Positions 50,291 through 64,000 of a DNA stretch of 64,000 nt are shown in pieces (positions within the stretch are counted from its first letter, which is position 1; the number at the start of each line of letters is the position of its first letter). The stretch is taken from contig NC_083231.1 of NCBI RefSeq assembly GCF_032191835.1, forward strand, positions 2,170,001-2,234,000, in the 5' to 3' direction. Made by a program: the position numbers and the translations under genes. The notes beneath the pieces are model-generated. The model saw nothing but the letters and a program-made list of their open reading frames with translations, ran no database searches and had not been told where the DNA came from. Origin of the DNA: Heteronotia binoei (lineage: Eukaryota).

Positions 50291-51310
50291 GGCCACTGTT
50301 TTGTTTTCCATATTTGTTGGCAAGCAAGGGAAGCAAGGCAAGGGCTCAGCCAGACCCACCCTGCCCAAGCCCCATTTGAGGCACACCCTTCTTGAAGCAA
50401 GGCTAGGGTTGCTAGACACACACCCCTGGAGGAGGCAGGGTTTCCCCGCTGCCAGGCCCCACCTCCCCACTGCTGATCAGGTAGCCAGCGTAGGGGAGGG
50501 GGGAGTCTACACTGAAAAAAGAGGAAGAACTATATGACATGTACAAATGTGTCTATGTCATCCCCCACCTGACCCAGAAGTGACGTCATCGCATCTGGGA
50601 CATTGGGGTGATGCTCTGGTATTTGGGCTAAACTTTTATGGTAGAAGCCGAATTTATCATAAAGTTTTTGTCCAAATACCAGAGTATCATCCTAACATCT
50701 CAGACATGATGATGTGACTTCCAGGTCATGTGGGCAGTGATGTAGACACATTGCTATACAGCAGCTGGGCCTCCTTGCTGCTCCCGGTAAGTCCCCCCAC
50801 CCCCCACTGGTTGCCAGGAGGGACCCTCCAATCCTAGGCGAGGCAGGCTTGAAGCATCAGCCTGCCCCAGGCGAGGGAGAAGGTGGTGCCTGGCCTGCTC
50901 CATGCAAGGTGAGGGGGAAGGTGGCTCCAGGATTGCTCGATCCCCACCCAAGGAAAGAGAGGTGGTAGTGCCACCTCTGTCCTGCCCAATATTGCACCCA
51001 GCTCACCCAAGGCAAGGCAAGAGAGGAGAAAGCCCCCAGCTCAGCCTGCTGGAGCCTCACACTGGAGACTCACAGCCTGCCTGAGGCTCAAAGGAAACCA
51101 GGGGATCTGTGCCTGGCCTGCCCGAGGTGCCCACCCAAGCCCCAAATGATGCCAGGAAAGCTGCACTCCACAAACTGGTTAGGCAGGTTGCCTCTTTTTT
51201 GCTCCCTCCCCTCTTTGGAGGACCGAATAGAGTCAGGCAGATTCCTCCTTCTTTCTCACACTCCTTCAGGTGGGCTGGCAGAAGTTTACACTCTGAGTCC
51301 ACACACCTTC

Positions 51311-54300
51311 TGTAGTGTATCATCAGCGATACGCGCCCTGCGCAGAGGCGACTGGGCTGTCCCAGGCGCTCCAGCGTAGGGCGCGGAATCCCCCGCCAAT
51401 CACCAGCTGTGGCGGGAAGTTCAACAGGTCAGGATTGGCCTGGCCTGCCCAGTAGGCTGTACCGGGGATTGTATATAAGCGGGACCCGGCCCGCGTGTTC
51501 CCTCTCTTGCAACGTGCTCTGAATAAAGAATGTTGCCCTACCCGCGTCTCCGGACTGAGTACGTTACACTGGCGACGAGGATGGGATTCTAGCCTCATCG
51601 GCTACGCCGGAGATCAAGGGCACCACCAGGCCACGACCACCGCCGCAGCTGCCATGGCCACCCAGGGCGGAACCACCGGTCACGTTGAGCCGTTCGACCC
51701 CGCGAATCCAGAGGCCTGGGAGTCCCACTTGGAATGGGTTGAATGCTACCTGAGGGCCAACAAGGTCACGGAGGACAGTATGAAGAGGGACGTTCTCCTG
51801 AGCGTCTGCGGTGCAGCCACATTCGAGATCGCTAAAGGTCTCTCGGCCCCCGCCCGCCTCACGGAGAAGTCCTTCGCGGAAGTCAGCAGCTCCTCACCGG
51901 CCATTTTTTGCCTCAGCTTTCACGGGTGGCTCGCCGGTTCCTGTTCCACAGAAGGGACCAGGCTGCAGGAGAATCGGCCGCCGACTACTTGGCGGCGCTA
52001 CGCAGGATCGCCAGGAACTGCAACTTCCCCCAGCTGGAAGAGACCCTGGCCGATCGCTTCACGTGGGGCCTCCACGACGAGAGGCTCCAGCAGAAGCTCT
52101 TCGCCAAGGAAGAGCTCACCCTCCAGAGCGCCTTCAGCGAAGCTGTGGCGTTCGAAAGGACTTCGAGGACCTTTCCCAAGGCCCGCACAGACGCCGTCCA
52201 CCACGAGGAGCTGGACCACGACCGCCCGGAAGAGGGAGAAGCCTACCAGCTGCGCCGCCCAGCTGGGCCACCCAACTGAGCATCCCCGGGCCCCGAGCGC
52301 CGGAACGTCCCCCAGCGTCGGAGAGGTCTCCAGCCCCCAAGTGCGCCAGCTGCGACGACCCACACGACAGACGGGACTGCCAGTACCGGACCTGGGACTG
52401 CCGGAGCTGCGGGAAGACCGGCCACATCGCGAGGGCCTGCCGGACCAGGCCCAGCTGTCGGAGGCCGACCACCCACCAAGAGTCCGCGGAGTTCCACTCC
52501 ACAGCATCCACGAACATGCAGGTACTGAACTTGCCCCTGAGCGTCCCAAATAAAATGAAAATGGCGGTCCTAATAGAGGGCGCCCCCTGCCAAATGGAGG
52601 TGGACTCGGGCTCCTCCATTTCCATTATATCAGAGGAGACCCTGAGGAATCTGTGCCCCGGGCAGCGGGTTCAGACAAGACCGGCGGACTTTGTTCTAAG
52701 AGACTTTCAGAAGAACCCGGTGCAGATCGCGGGGTGGGCCCGGGTGCATGTCGAGCGGGGGTCCTTTAGGGGGCCGTTGGACATTCTGGTGGTCAAGCGC
52801 CAGCTGACCACCCTACTGGGTCTGGCGTGGTTCAAACCCCTGGGAATATGACTGGAGGGGGTGGGGCAAATCCTATCCACCAGTGGGTTCGGGGAGGTAT
52901 GCCGCGAGTTCCCCGACATGTTCGATGGGTCCTTGGGGAGCTACAAAGGGCCGGCCATCTCCCTACCGCTGGACCCGACGGTCCGACCAATCAGGCTAAA
53001 GGCCAGAAGGGTTCCTTTCGCCCTCAAGCCCAAGATAGAGGCGGAATTGGACCGGCTAACGGCCCAAGGGGTACTGGAGCCAGTAGACTACGCCACGTGG
53101 GAGACCCCCATAGTCACACCGGTCAAGCCTAATGGGGAGGTGCGGATCTGTGCTGACTATAAGTGCACCATAAACAGGGCACTTCAAGACAATCCGTACC
53201 CAGTGCCGGTGGTGAGCCATGTTCTGGCAGCCCTAGCAGGGTCAAAGATCTTCGGGAAGCTGGACCTGGCGCAGGCCTACCAGCAGCTCCCGGTAGATGA
53301 AAAAACGGCAGAGGCCCAAACGATCGTCACACACAGGGGGGCTTTCAGGGTGCGGAGGCTACAGTTCGGGGTGAGCGTGGCTCCAGGGATTTTCCAAAGC
53401 ATAGTAGACGCTCTCCTTAAAGGAATCCCCAGAGTCCAACCGTTTTTCGACGACGTTTTGATCGCCGCCCCGGACCCCGAAGAATTCAACAACCGCCTCA
53501 GAGAAGTGCTCCGCCGGTTCCAGTCTGCGGGGCTCAAAGTCAAGCGGGAAAAGTGCTTACTGGGAGTTCTGTGGGTGGAGTTCCTAGGGTTCGCGGTAGA
53601 CGCCGCAGGAATCCACCCGCCGGAAGAGAAAACACGAGCCATCGTACAAGCCCCGGCCCCCACTTGCAAAGCAGAACTCCAAAGTTTCCTGGGGTTGCTC
53701 AATTTTTATCATACGTTCCTCCCACACAAGGCAGCCTTGGCGGAACCGCTACACCGGCTGCTGGACAAACACGCCCCTTGGGTATGGGGCAAATGCCAAG
53801 CCGCCACATTCCAGGCGGTTAAGGACACGCTGGTCTCAAATGCTGTGCTCCACCACTTTGATGAGCGCCTTCCGGTCATACTGGCCTGTGATGCGTCTCC
53901 ATATGGGGTGGGCGCAGTCCTGGGGCACCAACTCCCGGACGGGAGGGAGGTGCCAGTAGCCTATTACTCCCGCACGCTAACGCCGGCAGAGCGCAATTAC
54001 GCTCAAATCGATAAAGAGGCGCTAGCCATAGTAGCGGGGGTACACAAGTTCAATGATTACCTCTATGGGCGGAGGTTCACGATCGCCACCGACCACAAGC
54101 CGCTCTTGGGCCTGCTAGCGCCGGACCGCCAAACCCCACAAATACTGTCCCAGAGGGTACTGAGGTGGAACCAGTTCCTAAATTCATACACGTACACACT
54201 GGTCCACCGAGCAGGCAAAACAATGGGCCACGCGGACGCGCTCAGCCGCTTGCTGCTTCCGGAAGTGGGTCCCGCCCCCGCACACCATGTCATGCTAGTG

Positions 54301-55856
54301 GAGAGCCTCCCAGAGCAGCCCCTCCATGCAGCGGAGGTCGCCAAGGCCACACAGAAACACAAGACACTGGCACGGGTGCTCGACTGGGTGGTGAGGGGCT
54401 GGCCGGAAGGGAACATGGGGGAAGAATTCAAACCGTATAAGACCAGGAGGGAGGAACTAGCAGCCCACAAAGGGTGCCTCTTATGGGGTAGCAGGGTGGT
54501 GGTCCCGCCCCCGCTACAAAAGCGTGTTCTAGAGTCCCTACATGAGACCCACCCCGGCATAGTCCGAATGAAGGCCTTAGCGAGGAGCTACGTCTGGTGG
54601 CCGGGGATGGACGGGGAGATCGAGAATTGGGTCCGTAGGTGCCAGACATGTCAGGAATTGCGGCCCGAACCTCCCAGCGCCCCGCCACTCGGTGGGAGTC
54701 CACCCGGAAGCCATGGTCGAGACTCCACCTCGACTTCGCGGGGCCATTCCAAGGGCAGATCTTCCTCATAAGCGTGGACGCCTACACCAAATGGCTGGAG
54801 GTCTTCCCCGTAGCGTCCACGTCTTCAGCCTCCGCCATCCGGGCACTGCGCAGGGCACTATGCACACACGGCATTCCCGACACCATCGTCTCTGACAACG
54901 GGGCGGCCTTCACCTCTGGAGAATTCCAGGCGTTCCTCCAGAGGTACCTGATCCGACACATAAGGTCCGCCCCGTTCCATCCGGCCACCAACGGTCAGGC
55001 AGAGCGCATGGTGCGCACCACGAAAGAAGCCCTTAGCCGGATCATACAGGGGGATTGGGAACACCGGCTAGCGGCTTTCCTATTTGACAACCGGGTGATT
55101 CCCAACCCTGTCACGGGGGTAAGCCCGGCGGAACTCCTCATGGGGCGCAAGCTCATAACCAGGCTTGACCGGCTACACCCCGACAGGGCTTCAGACATTC
55201 GCGGGAACCCCGAGGTCCGGGACGCGGCCAGGGGTTTCTTCGCAGGCGACCCGGTATACGCCCGGAACTATGCCAGGGGGCCCGAATGGGTGGCGGGTCA
55301 AGTGCTACGAGTCACGGGGTCCCGCCACTACGATATATCAACCGAGGGGGGCCAGGTCGTACGGCGGCACATAGACCAACTACGCCGCCGCACACTACCA
55401 GAAGAACCAGTGGACACAGAAGAAGCGAGACCCGGGGAAACGCCAACCAGGGGCCAACCAGAGGACGCGGCCCCAACTCCCATTATTCCGACGCACGAAG
55501 CGCCCGGGCCGGCAGAGCCCGAAAGACCCGCGGAACAGGACCAGCAGACTCCGGTCGCGCCTCCACCCACAGACACACCAGCAGCAGGAGCCGCGCCTCC
55601 CCCACAGGACCCCCTAAGGCGGTCCACCAGGGAGCGCCGACCTCCCGCTTATCTCAAGGACTATGTACATTAACCAGGGGGGGAGGGGTGTAGTGTATCG
55701 TCAGCGATACGCGCCCTGCGCAGAGGCAACTGGGCTGTCCCAGGCGCTCCAGCGTAGGGCGCGGAATCCCCCGCCAATCACCAGCTGTGGCGGGAAGTTC
55801 AACAGGTCAGGATTGGCCTGGCCTGCCCAGTAGGCTGTACCGGGGATTGTATATAA
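51311..55856 (+). mobile_element. Ty3/gypsy Mag-type (K02A2.6-like) LTR retrotransposon, element C, with truncated 3' LTR
   Basis: 258-bp 5' LTR at 51311-51568 (TGTAG...TTACA, TATATAA, AATAAA). Gag from ATG 51654 has two CCHC knuckles. Protease VDSGS, RT FFDD, RNase H and integrase follow, ending PPAYLKDYVH* at 55673. PPT 55676-55688. The 3' LTR 55689-55856 stops after the TATA box. Three frameshifts and one TGA at 52849. Confidence 0.93.
51570..51589 (+). promoter_or_regulatory. Primer binding site complementary to tRNA-Ser(GCU)
   Basis: TGGCGACGAGGATGGGATTC is the reverse complement of the recalled vertebrate tRNA-Ser(GCT) 3' end GAATCCCATCCTCGTCGCCA. Confidence 0.85.
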
Positions 55857-58800
55857 CGATGGTGCCTCCTCCCTTAGCTGCTGCTGGTGACAATGCCCAG
55901 AAATTGCTTTGCAGATGGCGGTGGATCACTGCTAGCAGAATGATGTTCTGCAAGACTCTGCTGGCAGCTGCATTAATGCCACACAGCAGAGCATTTTCTC
56001 CACACTGCCAGCAACCCCACTTATGAGTGCATAGCTGCTGCACTGTGGCATTCTGGGTTGGTTTGTTTTTGAAAGGAAAACCCCTATCTGTCCAAAATGA
56101 CTGGCAGTGGGCATTGCTCACACATCAGCAGCTGACACATTTACAGGTTTAGAAATACAAAAACTGGTAAATTAATGCAAAACTGATATTTTAAACCAAA
56201 ACCCTGGCTCTTCGGTTCATTCACAAGGGCTCAAGCTGAGGGACACTCACACTTTTAAGCCTCTTCTGGCATCATTTTCAAGTCAGAACTGCCAATTCTC
56301 ACTGGGGATTTGTGGGACTCCCCTGAGAAAGTTCACCAGTTACCGGTCCCCCTTCGGAACGCCAAAAAGTGTGATAGAAACATTTGCTTAATTAGTCAGC
56401 TGAGCCCAAAGAAATTGCTAAAAAAAAGAACCCTGGAACACACAGAATTTCTCTACCTCACCTCAACCTCATATTAGCCACCTTGTGAGCTCTACATATA
56501 GGGGAAAGGTGAGGTATAAATACACTAAGCAAGCCAGGAAACACACACCAGTTGCGTCACACAAATCTTCTCTTCGTAATCCCATTAGGTTTCATGGCTT
56601 GTGGCCATCTTTGCACCAATGGCTTTTCTGCCCCTGACCTTCTGTCAGCTCTCATATCTCGGATGATCTCACCAGCCTTTCGTCTGGCCGTCTTTCCAAC
56701 ACATCCCACTGAAAACGGCAGGACCCGCTAACCTTTTGGGGCAAGTCTGTCATTTGTCCAGTCCAAAGCACCCGACAGCAAGCCACTTTAATGCATGCCA
56801 CAAAACACATGAACCTGCCCAAGTGAGGGTTTTGCCTCTGGTCTACTGAACAGGGAAGGAGGCAGCAGCACTTTCACAAGTCAGGCCCATAAACTGGCCT
56901 TGCCTTGACCACATTCATGGCCCTTTCCACCAAGCAGAGAGTCCAGCCTCTGTACTTGCCTCTGAGAAAGAAGGGATTCCTGGGCCATGCCTGTCAAGCC
57001 ACAAGGGGAGGCCGTGAGAGGAAGGCCTAGCATAGCCCTACCCATCCTAGTCTGCATTCTGCCACTCTGCTCAACAGCTTTCCTTCAACTTCAGGGGCTT
57101 TTCCAACAGAGAAAGTGCCTGTTAAGCTCCACTAGGCCAGAGGAGGTCTTTGGCATTTGCTGAACAGGGCGGTGGGAAGACACTGGCCGGTCCCTGTTCC
57201 TCCACATCCCCTCCCTCTTTGGCGTGCCGCCTGTGGCTCTCCCCATGATGGCATTGTGCCCCCGCCCAGGAAAATGGGTAAGGCCCTCGTCCAGCGCAGC
57301 TTGTGACTGGCACCTTGAAGCAGCCACTGCCCAAAGGGGAAGCACACTGCAAGCCTCCCTGAGGGGCAGTGAGGACCCAAAGCGGCTTTCATGGTTCTTG
57401 TCTCCGCAGTCGTGAGCCCCACAACAGGTAGGCCAGGCTTGAAAACAAGCAACCCCACCTATTTACTGAAGGGGTTACTGTGCACATGCCAAAGAAGGGC
57501 CAGAGAGGTGTGCCCCGCTTCTCTCTCTCTCTCTCTCTCTCGCGTGTGCAGCAAAGGCCAGGAACAGTTGCTTCGGTGCATCCATAGACACACTTTGTAA
57601 CTCTGCCCATGAACACCCACACTGATGTCACAACAGACAAGTCACCAGGAATGTTTCTCTAAAATGGACAGAGAAGGCCCAGTGTTGAAAAAAAAAATGT
57701 TTTTAAACCTGCCATTTTCAGGTTCAAGCTCTGGTGGACCTTTTCCAATTTTTGGAGAGCACTAAAGGAGACCCTTAGATATCCTCTTTCAGAATCAGGT
57801 ACACATTTAAGACAAGGATTGACTCACTCAAAATAGGCACTGTGAAGATTTCCATATAAGGTCATCAACAGCATTAGATAACAAGTGGGGAACCCACAAG
57901 ACTCTCGGTGAGGGGGCAGTCCCGTCCTTCCTGCCAACTCAGCACCAGTGCCCCTTCCTCTCTCCCTCCTCCCCTGTTCGTTTGCAAGGCCACTGCCAGC
58001 ATGGCTCATACCTGCCCTCTCTCTGCCCCACAGCTCCATCGCCCCTGTTCATCCCCCTCCCCGCCCACTTCCCGCAAAACGGTGATGGAGATCTCAGAGT
58101 AGTAGCATGACTTTGCTATCTTTCCCTTTAAAAACCTTCATTTCAATTTTTTTCTGGAAACCTGAAAGACTCCCTGTCTGTACTTTTCCCCATTATCTGG
58201 GTGGAAGGGAGTTAACCACATGGGGGCAAGGTCCAGAATTAGATAGGTAAGTTCTGTCCAAATAACACCCTCTCTTTTGTTTACTACAAAATGTCAATAT
58301 TCTATTTTTGCCTGTCTCTCAGATGTCAAAAACTATAAACAGGTGTGATGAGGAACAGATTGCAGCAATGTTCAGCTCTCATGCCATTTTGCTTGCAGAA
58401 AGTGAGGCTGCAAACCTAAGCACACTTACCTGAGAGTAAGCTCCATCGAATAAAATGGGACGTGCTTCTGAGTAAGCATGCATAGGATTGCAAGGCATTT
58501 CTGTAATAGTTACTTCAGTTATACCCTGCTTTTCTGCCCTGTTGAGGCCTAGAGTGGCTCACTCTGCTCTCCTCTGCTCCATTTTACCCTCACAAGGTAG
58601 GTGAGGCTGGCAATGGTGACTGGCCGAGGTCACTCTTCTGTGGCAGAGTGGGGATTTGAACCTCTTCCAGATCCCAGGTTATCACTAGAAGCACTGCACC
58701 AACACTGGCAAACTGTACTTGCCAACTAAGTTCTAAATAATGTATTTTTACAGTCATAGCGGTCAAAAAATCATCAAAGGTCTTTTTTGCCCTTAACCAA

Positions 58801-61800
58801 CCAGGAGAAAATCTGTTGCAATACAATTATTAAGCATTGCATACATATCAATTCCCCCCCTTTTTTTCTTTGTTTCTTACATCTTTTTTAACATCTGCAG
58901 AATTTTTATATTTCTAGAAGGGGACTCTTCAATGCTGTCTTTTGGAAACTGGACAACAATTTTAACAGAAGGTACAAAATAAGGAACACATGAATTATAA
59001 TTAAGAAGGGCTGATAGATTCAAGATTCTTTACACCTGTTTGACTATTAGAAATCAGAATAATTAAAGATCCTTTTGTTCTTAGCCAACCAGGAAAAAAT
59101 CCAACTGTTACAGTCCAGTTATTAGCCAAAAATACTGATTTCAGATGGGACTCATGCAGTAGCTTCTCTGCAGTGACAACTTCATTTCCATCCTCAACTC
59201 TCTATTAATCACTAGAGGGGGACACAAATTAAGGTTCATCACAAATTTCAGCCTGTTCATGATTCACAAAGTGATGTTGGTGAACTAAAAAGCTGCCATG
59301 AACTTCTATGAATTTTGATGCAGTCTATGGGGAAGGACGGTGGCTCAGTGGTAGAGCATCTGCTTGGGAAGCAGAAGGTCCCAGGTTCAATCCCTGGCAT
59401 CTCCAAAAAAGGGTCCAGGCAAATAGGTGTGAAAAACCTCCGCTTGAGACCCTGGAGAGCCGCTGCCAGTCTGAGAAGACAATACTGACTTTGATGGACC
59501 AAGGGTCTGGTTCAGTATAAGGCAGCTTCATATGTTCATATGGTGGTTTGTGAAGAGCAGAAATCCATTTAAACCCCTGCTTTCTGCTCCCCACAAAAAG
59601 TGGCAGGGAGCAGAAAGCAGCAGTTTAAATGGCTCATAAACTGATATGAACTGGTTTGGTTTGTGAACTGGCAAATCAGTTCATGGTTCAGCCATAAACC
59701 AAATTGCAAAAATGTAGTTCATGCCCATCTCTATTCACCACCCTGGAAAAACTTACTGATAAGATTTTGAAGCATGAAAAGTAATAGGCCCTTAATTTAA
59801 CAAATAAAGTTATTTATGAATTGCTATGTGAACAATAATGGAAGGGTATAAAATGGAACTTCACAAACACGTCATAACTTTCCTGATTTCAGATACTATT
59901 TCAGCTCAGAACTGAGGAACAATCCAGTATAACTGGTGTTCAAGCTTGCACAACTGAGTAGGTAAAAAGTAGGTAACATTGCTGAACAATTTCTAAAATA
60001 CTGGATAAATCCACAATTGTATTTCAGGCATATTCAGAAGAAATTCATTTTTAGCCAGTTCAGTGCTTGACAAGTTAATTATCCAACAAAGGACAGAAGC
60101 TAGGTGCATGCTTAGAATGATCAAAAATCTTGCTATGCTGACAAACTTTCCAGTGTATTCATGGCTAAACATATTTGTTATTATCTACAGCTTTATTGAC
60201 AGCTGTACAATACAATACACAGAAGACCTGTCCTAAGTTGTTATTCCACAATTTTAAATGAGATGAAAGGTACGTGACTTTGTCTATGGGGTCGCAAAGA
60301 GTCAGACTCAACTGTGCAACTGAACAAGAATCACTAATAATGTTTAACAAAAGGAGCTTTGTTTATACTTTCCTGACTCTGATGGCCAAGAAACTGCTGC
60401 TTTGATGTCAAGTTTTCTGCACCTTGATCTCTTATTAGTTCATAAAGTTTAATGACCTGTTCCAGGGTTGCCAACCTCCAAGGGGCAGCTGGAGCTCTCC
60501 TGCTATTATAATTGACCACCAGTTGACCAAGATTGGTTTCCCTGGAAAAAATGGCTGGTTTGGAAGGTGAAGCCTATGGCATCATAGCACGATGAAGTCC
60601 CTCCCCTCCACAAATCCACCTCCCCAGGCTCCCCCCGCTCCCAATCTCCAGGTATTCCTGACCCAGAGCTGGCAATTCTACTTGTACCCCAGCCCAAGCT
60701 GATCCTGTATTGAAATACACTGAACCTGCACCTGGTTTGCACACAGTACTTTCCTTTACTTACGTGCTGTTCTCTCAGGCATCATGAGACAAATAATTTC
60801 TCCACAGAAACAATACACAACACATAGAAAAAGAGAGAGTGAAACCTTGGCTTCAAGGTTTTTTGCAAAACTCTACTTAAGTCAACCACAAATAAAGCAT
60901 CCAGCAAATACAAAAAAATCTAAGTGGATGATAAAGTGGGGGAAAAGAAAGCATGGCAATTAGATTGCTAGGCACATTAAGACAGACAATCAGAATTATT
61001 TTGTGTACATCAGAAGCAGGAAGCCAACCAGCGAGGTCAGGGTGCCCTCAGAAAGAGATGGAAATGCCATTCCAGGAAGATGGGGAGACTGCAGAGGAAC
61101 CAAAGGCCACAGTTGCTCCTTTTGAGAACTTAGCTAAGCAGAGGAGAAATGAAGTTTTCAGGGTCATGGACAAATCAAGAACATGTACCAAGGCTGGATG
61201 CGTCTAAAAACTCAAATAAGAAATTCTTGAATATGAATTGCTCTGGAAAGAGTAAATGCAATGCTGACTTTTAAGAGAGGATCCAAAAGAAATGAAATTA
61301 CCAGGAAGTTCCGCATCCACTTGGGCCAGAATCAGCATGAAGTCCAGTAGGGCTGCTAGGTCCCCTTAGGCGCCAGAGGAGTACAGTTGCCAGCTCCAGG
61401 TACCAGAACTCCTGGAGATTAGGGATGGTGGCATCTGTGGAAGGCAAGGACCTCTGTGGGGGTTCAAGGCCAGAGAGTCCCCCCCTTCAAAGCACCAATT
61501 TTCCCCAGGGGAACTGATCTCAGTAGTCTGGAGATGAGCTGTAGTTCCAGGGGATACTCCGGGCCCACCTGGAGGCTGACATCCCTAATATCCAATCCGG
61601 CAAACCTTTCAGATCCCTTCCCCCTTCCCTCTGCCATTTGTATGTTGTGGTTGAATCCCAGGGGGTTAGCCCCTGCTCCTTAGTTCTGTTGGTTAGACTT
61701 GTAGACTGTATGAGCTCCCTGGTTTGGAACCACTCACTCTCATCCCTGCATTTTCTTGTTAATAAATAGACACTGTTTTGACCACAACCATCTCAGCTGT

Positions 61801-63236
61801 GTGACCCTGAGCAGAGGAACCTGAGTGAGTAGCACTCTATTCCTGATCTGCAAGCGAAAGGGAGCATCACAGATTGGGATGTCTGCTTTTAACTACAGGT
61901 AAGTGTCGCATGTCCTCTGGAAATGGATGTGAACAGTGCTCTGGTCTGTGTCATAATCAGCCACCATCAGGGTTCTTTTCCCAACGAACACATCAGACCT
62001 TCCAAGTGTACATGACTCACTTTGCAACACTCTGACCTGAAAAGATTCAGGTGGGGGCAGCCACGTTGGTCTGAAGCAACAGAACAAAGTTTGAGTCCGG
62101 GGGCACAGTGAAGACCAACCAAGTTGAAAGTTTGTAAAATCTTAGAGATGAGCAAAATTCTCAGGGGGGGGGGGGGACTGAACAATGGAGTCTGGAAGCA
62201 AATTTTTTGGGGGGAGGGGGTAAAGAAAGAAAGAGCACAATAAAAGTCGGAGGTTCTGAAGCTCTGCTCCTGTGAGTTCCTGCCCAAAATGAAGCCTGCA
62301 GAGATGGTCCTTTGGACACTGCAGCAAACTGTGACTTGAAGTTTTTGATAATGATTTGGACAGTAAGTGCATATAAATGGATTCAGGATTATGAGAATGT
62401 CCACATCACCAATCATTTCTATGAGCCTTGAGGGGCCTCCAAGAGAGAGATGCCATATTTAGGATAGTCCTGAGCATGGCTTATAGGTAGCTTATAAGAA
62501 ACCAGAAGAGGATGAGAACCCAGAAGCAAAAGATCAATCACTGCATCCGTACACTGGAGTGTTCTGTCAAAATATGGATTATTCCAAGGGTTAAAGTTCA
62601 GTATTAGCTTCCATCCAACAATTTGCTGCGCTCTTCTTCAGCAAGCCCTGTCTCTCAAGCACTTCAATGCTCTTTTAACTGCAAAGAATTATTTTTTCAA
62701 ATCTACATTAAGTCATTTGGCATAGCCAGCCAGTCGGACTGTAATCACAAGAACTGAAATGGAAAATAGGGGCATGGAGAGCCAAAACAGCTCAGATGTT
62801 CAAGTAGCAAGTAGACGAGGCTGAGTATCTAGGAGACATTTTCTTTGAAGTAAAGAGCAAAAGGTGGTCCGATGGAGCAAACGATGCTTGTAAGATGCAT
62901 GAATATTCACAGCTGGACTCTGAGCACCCCAGTACCAGAGGCATCTTAAAGTCACCAATAGAAATAAATGAATCAGGACCAGATACCTGTATTTGGGAAG
63001 GATCCTCCCTAGGATAATGCTAATTGTCATATTTTCAAAGCACAATAAGTTGTGCAATTTGGGGTATGGATTTTCCAGCTATGTCAAAGGTAGGAAGGTT
63101 TTACTTGCAAGTTCTAAAACTCACAAGCAAAAGTTCTTGGTTTAATGAATAACTAGGGTAGGATAGGGGCTCCTTACAGCCATCATAATGCCTTTTCCAG
63201 CATCAGTGTGCCTTTAGAACCAACCTTTACATCTAA

Positions 63237-63503
63237 CCAGTTTGGTGTAGTGGTTAAGTGTGCGGACTCTTATCTGGGAGAGCCGGGTTTGATTCCCCTC
63301 TCCTCCACTTGCACCTGCTAGCATGGCCTTGGGTCAGCCATAGCTCTGGTAGGAGTTGTCCTTGAAAGGGCAGCTGCTGTGAGAGCCCTCTCCAGCCCCA
63401 CCCACCTCACAGGGTGTCTGTTGTGGGGGAGGAAGGTAAAGGAGATTGTGAGCCGCTCTGAGAGTCTTCGGAGTGGAGGGCGGGATATAAATCCAATATC
63501 TTC
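63237..63503 (+). mobile_element. Squam3-like SINE, full length (other copies at 38659-38888 +, 23640-23788 -, 24042-24230 -)
   Basis: Near-identical to 10472-10734 and 38659-38888, with intact A and B boxes. Confidence 0.8.
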
Positions 63504-64000
63504 AATAACCATCATAACAAATTACAACAAGCAATTCTAAACTGAAAAACCTAAGATTTAACTCACTTTATACAGATATACCATCCTCCACAATCCCAAC
63601 TTTGCTGATATTCCACACCTGTCCCAGTTTCTGTCTCCTGCAGACTATTAAATGCAACAGTGAAATATTTTCACCTTCTTCTGACTGGGCTTTTTGCTTC
63701 AAAGACACCTTTTTCTTCACTTTTCTCCCCAATGGAGACTCAAAGCAGCTTCCATCATTCTCCTCTCTTCCATTTTATCCTCACAACAGCCCTGTGAGGT
63801 AGATTAGGCTGAGTGTGCATGACAGGCCCAAAGACTAGCTCTAATCAATCACACTAGCTCCAATCAATCATTAGTCATATTTATCACACCACCCAAGTTG
63901 GACAAACACTCCAACTTCCTTCTCATCCACTCACACATGACACAAAAGCATATGTGACAATTGTTTAATGATACCTAGATTCAAGGCCAGTAGCATCTTA

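Overview
64 kb of squamate reptile genomic DNA, most likely a gecko, judged from the SINE and MITE families. The host gene is JAKMIP1 (Marlin-1) on the minus strand. Six coding exons (35021-35149, 9741-10235, 6624-6836, 4495-4614, 2753-2899, 523-663; 415 codons) are identifiable, and the gene continues beyond position 1. The rest is intron or upstream sequence filled with mobile DNA. It holds three near-full-length Ty3/gypsy LTR retrotransposons, all antisense to the host: two Tf1/sushi-type (16781-23209, 28284-34061) and one Mag-type primed by tRNA-Ser (51311-55856). It also holds a solo LTR, L2, CR1, L1, RTE/BovB and RTE-X-like LINE fragments, three SINE families, and many hAT and Harbinger-like MITEs. 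Main observations: (1) both sushi-type elements lack a tRNA PBS and show a Tf1-like self-priming layout; (2) both have a PEG10-like -1 frameshift signal (GGGAAAC, degenerate GAGAAAC in one, plus a conserved pseudoknot); (3) one has a chromodomain and the other does not; (4) a U2 snRNA 5' fragment abuts a 24-mer repeated three times; (5) 170-bp identical direct repeats flank the JAKMIP1 start-codon exon; (6) that exon has an ATF4-like uORF layout. Coordinates were read by eye, and family names come from recalled consensus features, not database searches.
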